28,544 bases of DNA from Candidatus Methylomirabilis sp. (lineage in GTDB: Bacteria; Methylomirabilota; Methylomirabilia; Methylomirabilales; Methylomirabilaceae). The notes below the pieces were generated by a model. The model saw nothing but the letters and a program-made list of their open reading frames with translations, did no database searches and had not been told where the DNA came from. How positions within the stretch are numbered: the first letter of the stretch is position 1; the number at the start of each line of letters is the position of its first letter. Shown here piece after piece: positions 23,877 through 28,544 of this stretch. The position numbers and the translations under genes are program-made. Location: assembly GCA_041498975.1 (NCBI GenBank), contig JBGQJI010000018.1, positions 1 to 28,544 on the forward strand. Reading direction: 5' to 3'.

Positions 23877-25895
23877 ATGGCACTGACGTGCTGTCAATCG
23901 GTCCTGCAATTCAAAGGCGAGGTGCAGATGACCATTGCCCTGGCCGGTAACCCGAACGTCGGCAAATCCAGCCTCTTCAATCGGCTGACCGGAATGGGCG
24001 TGGTCACCGCCAACTACCCGGGAAAAACGGTGGACGTGAACATGGGCGTCACCCACTTCCAGGATATGGTGGTAGGGGTCATCGATCTGCCTGGTACGTA
24101 TGCACTAGAGCCGGTCTCGGAGGATCAATGGGTGGCGAGACAGGCCCTTCTGGACGGCCGTCCGGATGCGGTCATCTCGGTGGTGGACGCGACAAACATG
24201 GCGCGAAACCTCTACCTGACCTTGCAACTCCTCGACCTGGGGCTCCCGGTGGTCGTGGCGTTAAACCTCATGGATGAGGCCGAGCGCCTGGGGTTGGCAG
24301 TTGACCCGGTCCTCCTGGCCAAGGATCTAGGTGTCCCCGTGGTCCCGACGGTTGCGGTCCGTGGACTGGGGCTCGACCTTGTGATCGCCAAGGCGGTCGA
24401 GACGGCTACGTCAGCGGAGTCGGCGGGGCGTCGCGGACTGCGGTACGGCCGGGACGTGGAGGAGCAGATCGACGCGTTGGCCGCATATCTGGAGGCGGAG
24501 GAGGAGGTCACACCCCCGTTCGGTCTGTCGCCAAGAGCGACAGCGATCCTCCTGCTGGAGTCGGACGAGGAGATGCTACGATGGGCAGAGCAGCAGCCGC
24601 AGGGTGCGGCGATCCTGGCCGAAGCGAGGAGCGCCGCAGCGGAGATCTCTGAGCGGCATGGGGAGCCGGCTCCCCTTCGCCTGACCAGGGAGCGGCACGG
24701 CCTGGCAGGCGCGATTGCGCAAGCGGCGCAAGCCCGAGGCAGAGCTCGACGGTCTTTACAGGAACGCGTCTGGCACCTGACCACAGCCCCCCTGACCGGA
24801 ATACCGATCCTCCTTCTGATGCTCCTGAGCCTTTTCGCCATCCTTTTTTCCGTGGGCAATTTCCTTTCCGATCTCCTGAGCGGCCTCTGGGCCGCTTGGG
24901 CCTCGCCCCCTATCCAGGCCGCGCTCGCCTGGATCCTGGGTGACGGATTCTTCGCCAGAAGCCTGGTCTGGGGGTTCGATGCCGGGATCAATGCAGCCCT
25001 GGCGGTCGGAATTCCTTACGTGTTGACCTTCTACCTCCTTCTGTCCGCCTTCGAGGACACCGGCTACTTGAACGCGGCGGCCTTCCTGACCGATCCACTC
25101 CTGCACCGGGTCGGGCTCCATGGCAGGGCGATCATTCCGTTGGTTGCCGCGGCGGGGTGCAACGTCCCGGCTGTCATGGCCACCAGGACGCTGACGACCA
25201 TGCGGGAGCGAGTGATCTGCGCCACCCTGATCTGCTTCGTTCCCTGCAGCGCCAGGACCGCAGTGATCGCAGGGGCCGTCTCCAGATACCTCGGGTGGGG
25301 GCCGGCCATAGGGCTCTTTGTCATCGTTGCGGCGGTCGGGACGGCCGCCGGGTGGGGATTGAATCGGGTGGTGCCGGGGCGTCGGACCGGCCTGGTGATG
25401 GAGATGTTCCCGTTCCGGCTTCCCTCCTTCAGGAATCTGCTGCGCCGGACCTGGTTTCGCTTCAAAGAGTTCGTCTTTGTCGCCGCGCCGGTGGTTGTTT
25501 CCGGAAGCCTCCTGTTGGGCGGCCTGTACGAGAGCGGGCTGATGTGGCGGCTGGCCGCGCCCCTGTCCCCTGTCACGAGCTGGTGGCTTGGCCTGCCCGC
25601 GGTCACCGGCCTGACATTGCTCTTTGGGATTTTGCGCAAGGAGCTTGCGTTGCAGCTTCTGGTGACGCTGGCCATGGTCCAGTACGGGCGCGGAGCGGGC
25701 GATTTACTCCACTTCATGACCATGAAACAGCTTTTTGTCTATGCCCTGGTCAACGCGCTGTTCATTCCCTGCTTGGCCACGATCGCGGTCCTGGGAAGGG
25801 AGTTGGCCTGGCGAAGAACGCTCCTGATTGCGCTCTTCAACATCGTGGTCGCGCTCGGGGTTGGCGGGCTCGTGAGCCGCCTCTGGATGGGATGA
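23877..25895 (+). CDS. feoB: Ferrous iron transporter B
   Basis: G1 GNPNVGKS, NYPGKTV, DLPGTY and NLMD; gate regions GCNVPA, PCSAR, GLVME and IPCLAT. ATG 23928 is an alternative start. Confidence 0.95.
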   Translation: MALTCCQSVLQFKGEVQMTIALAGNPNVGKSSLFNRLTGMGVVTANYPGKTVDVNMGVTHFQDMVVGVIDLPGTYALEPVSEDQWVARQALLDGRPDAVISVVDATNMARNLYLTLQLLDLGLPVVVALNLMDEAERLGLAVDPVLLAKDLGVPVVPTVAVRGLGLDLVIAKAVETATSAESAGRRGLRYGRDVEEQIDALAAYLEAEEEVTPPFGLSPRATAILLLESDEEMLRWAEQQPQGAAILAEARSAAAEISERHGEPAPLRLTRERHGLAGAIAQAAQARGRARRSLQERVWHLTTAPLTGIPILLLMLLSLFAILFSVGNFLSDLLSGLWAAWASPPIQAALAWILGDGFFARSLVWGFDAGINAALAVGIPYVLTFYLLLSAFEDTGYLNAAAFLTDPLLHRVGLHGRAIIPLVAAAGCNVPAVMATRTLTTMRERVICATLICFVPCSARTAVIAGAVSRYLGWGPAIGLFVIVAAVGTAAGWGLNRVVPGRRTGLVMEMFPFRLPSFRNLLRRTWFRFKEFVFVAAPVVVSGSLLLGGLYESGLMWRLAAPLSPVTSWWLGLPAVTGLTLLFGILRKELALQLLVTLAMVQYGRGAGDLLHFMTMKQLFVYALVNALFIPCLATIAVLGRELAWRRTLLIALFNIVVALGVGGLVSRLWMG

Positions 25896-25905
25896 ACCGG
25901 CCTTC

Positions 25906-26736
25906 GTGTCTGGGATCGCGGTGGTCCAGCGAATCGTGATGATGGTGGACGGCTCCTTCGCGACCGAGACATCGGCGCGCTACAGTCTGGCTCTGGCCAA
26001 GGCCTGCGGGGCGGAGTTGGAGCTCGTATTTGTCGCGGGGGATGAGTTGGGTGCGGCGATGAAGCGGGCCGAGGAATCGCTCCTGCGCCTCTTTCGCCAG
26101 GCACACTCCCTGGGGTTAAAGGTGAGGAGCGTGACCGAGGCGGGTGATCCGGTCCGGGTATTGCGGGAGCATGTGGTGCGGGAGGGGATCTCGCTGGCTG
26201 TGGCCTCGGCGACAAACACCCAGATCGTTCGCCGCCTGCTGCATGAGTTGCCGTGCGCCATCCTCCTGGTTCGGGTGGTGCATCCGGGTCGGATGGCTTC
26301 GCCTCATGAGATCCTGGTCCCGGTCTATCCTGGCGAGTTCGAAGGTGGCGGCATGGAGGAGGCGGCTGATCTCCTCGCGAACCTGGGGGGTTACTGGCAG
26401 GCTCGAATCGTGCTCTTCCAGTTGAGGCGACCGATGACCCAGCTCTTCGATCGGAAACTCTTTGGGGGCGGTGTCCGGGAGCTAGAGGAAACGAAGCTGC
26501 ATCGGTTCATCTCGGCACTGACCCATCGCGGCCTGTCCCCGGGGACGAGGGTTGCATGGGGTCGCCATATCGGCGAGGGAATCACGGCCGAGGCGGCCGC
26601 CAGGCGACATGATCTGATCTTTCTGGGCACGAAGGGGCCAAGGGGGTTCATCCAGCGGTTTCGGGCTGGAGCTGTGGAACATCTGATGCGGACCACCCCC
26701 TGCGACCTGATGCTCTTCCGGCCGGCGGCCGCCTGA
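25906..26736 (+). CDS. Tandem-domain universal stress protein
   Basis: RIVMMVDGS, LPCAILLV, EILVPV, DLIFLG..G and TPCDLMLF; start codon uncertain. Confidence 0.82.
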   Translation: MSGIAVVQRIVMMVDGSFATETSARYSLALAKACGAELELVFVAGDELGAAMKRAEESLLRLFRQAHSLGLKVRSVTEAGDPVRVLREHVVREGISLAVASATNTQIVRRLLHELPCAILLVRVVHPGRMASPHEILVPVYPGEFEGGGMEEAADLLANLGGYWQARIVLFQLRRPMTQLFDRKLFGGGVRELEETKLHRFISALTHRGLSPGTRVAWGRHIGEGITAEAAARRHDLIFLGTKGPRGFIQRFRAGAVEHLMRTTPCDLMLFRPAAA

Positions 26737-26758
26737 ATCGGCAGGGTGGTAAGCGATC

Positions 26759-28544
26759 ATGCAGATTCATCGGCTTTCGCCCGAAGAGGCGCTGGGGGCA
26801 CTTGGGACCTCGGACGAGGGGTTGAGCGACGCCGAGGCCGCCAAGCGGCTCGAACAATTCGGCCCGAACGAACTTCGAGCCGCGGAGAAGATACCCTACC
26901 TTGCCATGCTGGCAAAGCAGTTTACGCATTTTCTTGCCCTCCTGCTCTGGGCCGCGGCGGCTCTGGCATTTGCCGCGGACAGGATGAAGCCAGGGGAGGG
27001 AATGGATCTGCTCGGCTGGGCCATTATTGGGGTTATCGCGGTGAACGCCCTCTTCTCTTTTGTCCAGGAATACAGGGCGGAGCGGGCCCTCATGGCCCTC
27101 AAGCGCCTCCTTCCAATTCACGTCAAGGTCCTCCGGCTCGGGGAGATCAAGGAGATGCCGGCTTCCATGCTGGTTCCGGGAGATCTTGTGATCCTCGCCG
27201 AAGGGGACCGAGTTCCTGCTGATGGGCGGATCATTACCTCAGCCCTGCTGAGGGTGAACAACGCGCCCCTAACCGGCGAGTCGATTCCCAAGACCCGCCG
27301 GCCCGAGGCCGCCCTCGAGGGGACGCTCCTGCAGAGCCCCAACATCGTATTCGCTGGCACCAACATCCTTTCGGGGACCGCGAGGGCGGTCACCTTTGCC
27401 ACCGGGATGAACACCGAGTTCGGCAAGATCGCGCACCTGGCCTCTGCGGTCGAGATGGAAATGAGTCCCCTACAGTGGGAGATCGTGAAAGTCACTCGAC
27501 TGATCGCCGTGCTCTCCGTCGGGATCGGCGTCGCGTTTTTCTGGCTGGGCGTGGCGATCGGGAGAAGCCTGTGGGAGAACTTTGCCTTCGCCATGGGGAT
27601 CCTGGTAGCGATCGTGCCTGAGGGGCTCCTTCCCACAGTCACGCTCTCGCTGGCGGTGGGAGCACAGCGAATGGCAAAGCGGAAGGCGCTCATCAAGAAT
27701 CTTCCCTCGGTGGAGACGTTGGGATGCGCCACCGTGATCTGCACGGATAAGACGGGGACCCTCACCGAGAACCGGATGGCTGTGACCCGTGTCTACGTCG
27801 ATGGACTCGAGGTTCAGGTGTCGGGAGGCTCTTTCATCACTGAGGCAGGCGCCCAGGTGCCTGCCGAGCTTCAGGGTAGATGGGCCCCTCTCTTTGCGAT
27901 CGCGACCGGGTGCAATGATGCCCGCCGCCGTCACGACCTGGCCGGGAAAGGATCGGCATTCGTCGGCGACCCGACAGAGATCGCCCTCCTGCAGTTCGCG
28001 GACGCCGTATCGCGGGATGCCGTTGAAGGGACGACTCGGCTTCAGGAGTTCCCCTTCGACGCCGACCGGAAGCGGATGACTACCATTCACCGGACAGCGT
28101 CCGGGAAGAGGGTCGCCTACGTCAAAGGTGCGCCCGAGCTCCTGCTTCCGCTCTGCTGCTTGATCTATCGCGACGGTAAAGCGAGCCCCCTGGAGGAGGC
28201 CGAGCGCCGGACGATCGTTGACCGCCTGGATCTGTTCGCCGAGTCGGCCTTGCGGGTCCTCGCCCTGGCCTACCGAGAGCTTCCCGAAGGCATGGCGCTG
28301 TCGGTGATGGAAGACGTGGAGCGGGACCTGACGTTCGTCGGCCTGGTCGCCATGCTGGATCCGCCCAGGCCTGAGGTCCCCGAAGCGGTCGCTCGGTGCA
28401 GGAGGGCCGGGATCAAGACGATCATGATCACCGGAGACAACAGCCGGACAGCCCTGGCGATCGCCCGGGCCATAGGGATGGTCTGCGGGGAGTACGCTGC
28501 CGTTCTGGAAGGGCACCAGGTTGAGGCGATGCGGGATGATGAGC
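26759..28544 (+). CDS. Cation-transporting P-type ATPase, type II (IIC-like), runs off the window
   Basis: Not in the ORF track because it has no stop in the window. MQIHRL..GLSDAEAAKRL..GPNEL, LTGES, VAIVPEGLLPTVT, ICTDKTGTLT, PFDADRKRMT, KGAPE, DPPRPEV and MITGD. Confidence 0.95.
   Translation, partial: MQIHRLSPEEALGALGTSDEGLSDAEAAKRLEQFGPNELRAAEKIPYLAMLAKQFTHFLALLLWAAAALAFAADRMKPGEGMDLLGWAIIGVIAVNALFSFVQEYRAERALMALKRLLPIHVKVLRLGEIKEMPASMLVPGDLVILAEGDRVPADGRIITSALLRVNNAPLTGESIPKTRRPEAALEGTLLQSPNIVFAGTNILSGTARAVTFATGMNTEFGKIAHLASAVEMEMSPLQWEIVKVTRLIAVLSVGIGVAFFWLGVAIGRSLWENFAFAMGILVAIVPEGLLPTVTLSLAVGAQRMAKRKALIKNLPSVETLGCATVICTDKTGTLTENRMAVTRVYVDGLEVQVSGGSFITEAGAQVPAELQGRWAPLFAIATGCNDARRRHDLAGKGSAFVGDPTEIALLQFADAVSRDAVEGTTRLQEFPFDADRKRMTTIHRTASGKRVAYVKGAPELLLPLCCLIYRDGKASPLEEAERRTIVDRLDLFAESALRVLALAYRELPEGMALSVMEDVERDLTFVGLVAMLDPPRPEVPEAVARCRRAGIKTIMITGDNSRTALAIARAIGMVCGEYAAVLEGHQVEAMRDDE

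Noticed and set aside
22703..25895. Magnetosome island (MamS/MamX-like OB domain plus feoB)
   Set aside because: Resemblance is weak, there are no magnetochrome CxxCH motifs and no core mam genes; both families are widespread.

Overview
GC-rich bacterial window with all supportable genes on the + strand; the taxon cannot be determined from this sequence. It starts in the 3' part of cusA, followed by two small exported proteins, one a cupredoxin with non-canonical metal ligands. Next is a PHA/acyl-phosphate cluster: phaC, a 5'-deleted fabI remnant, a MaoC-Pta fusion and ackA. The rest is a large stress/low-energy island: atypical stand-alone receiver, YVTN beta-propeller, four AcuB-type CBS proteins (two with ACT), CMD-family protein, small Cys-bearing winged-HTH, radical SAM/SPASM enzyme, two USPs, an APH-like kinase plus APS-kinase-like pair, a small Cys-rich protein, tandem GNATs, Hsp20, BCAM0308-family protein, archaeal-type SAM synthetase, two exported beta-barrel proteins, a degenerate DtxR-FeoA protein, feoB and a partial P-type ATPase. 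The gene content parallels the Burkholderia lxa and mycobacterial DosR hypoxia sets. However, I found no FNR boxes. Instead there are four correctly spaced sigma54 (-24/-12) promoters, each with an IHF-like site 48-52 bp upstream, and two share a homologous ~230 bp upstream region. The best candidate for an undescribed system is this sigma54-controlled island with a kinase/CBS-ACT/tandem-GNAT core. All assignments come from motif recognition by eye, without database searches.
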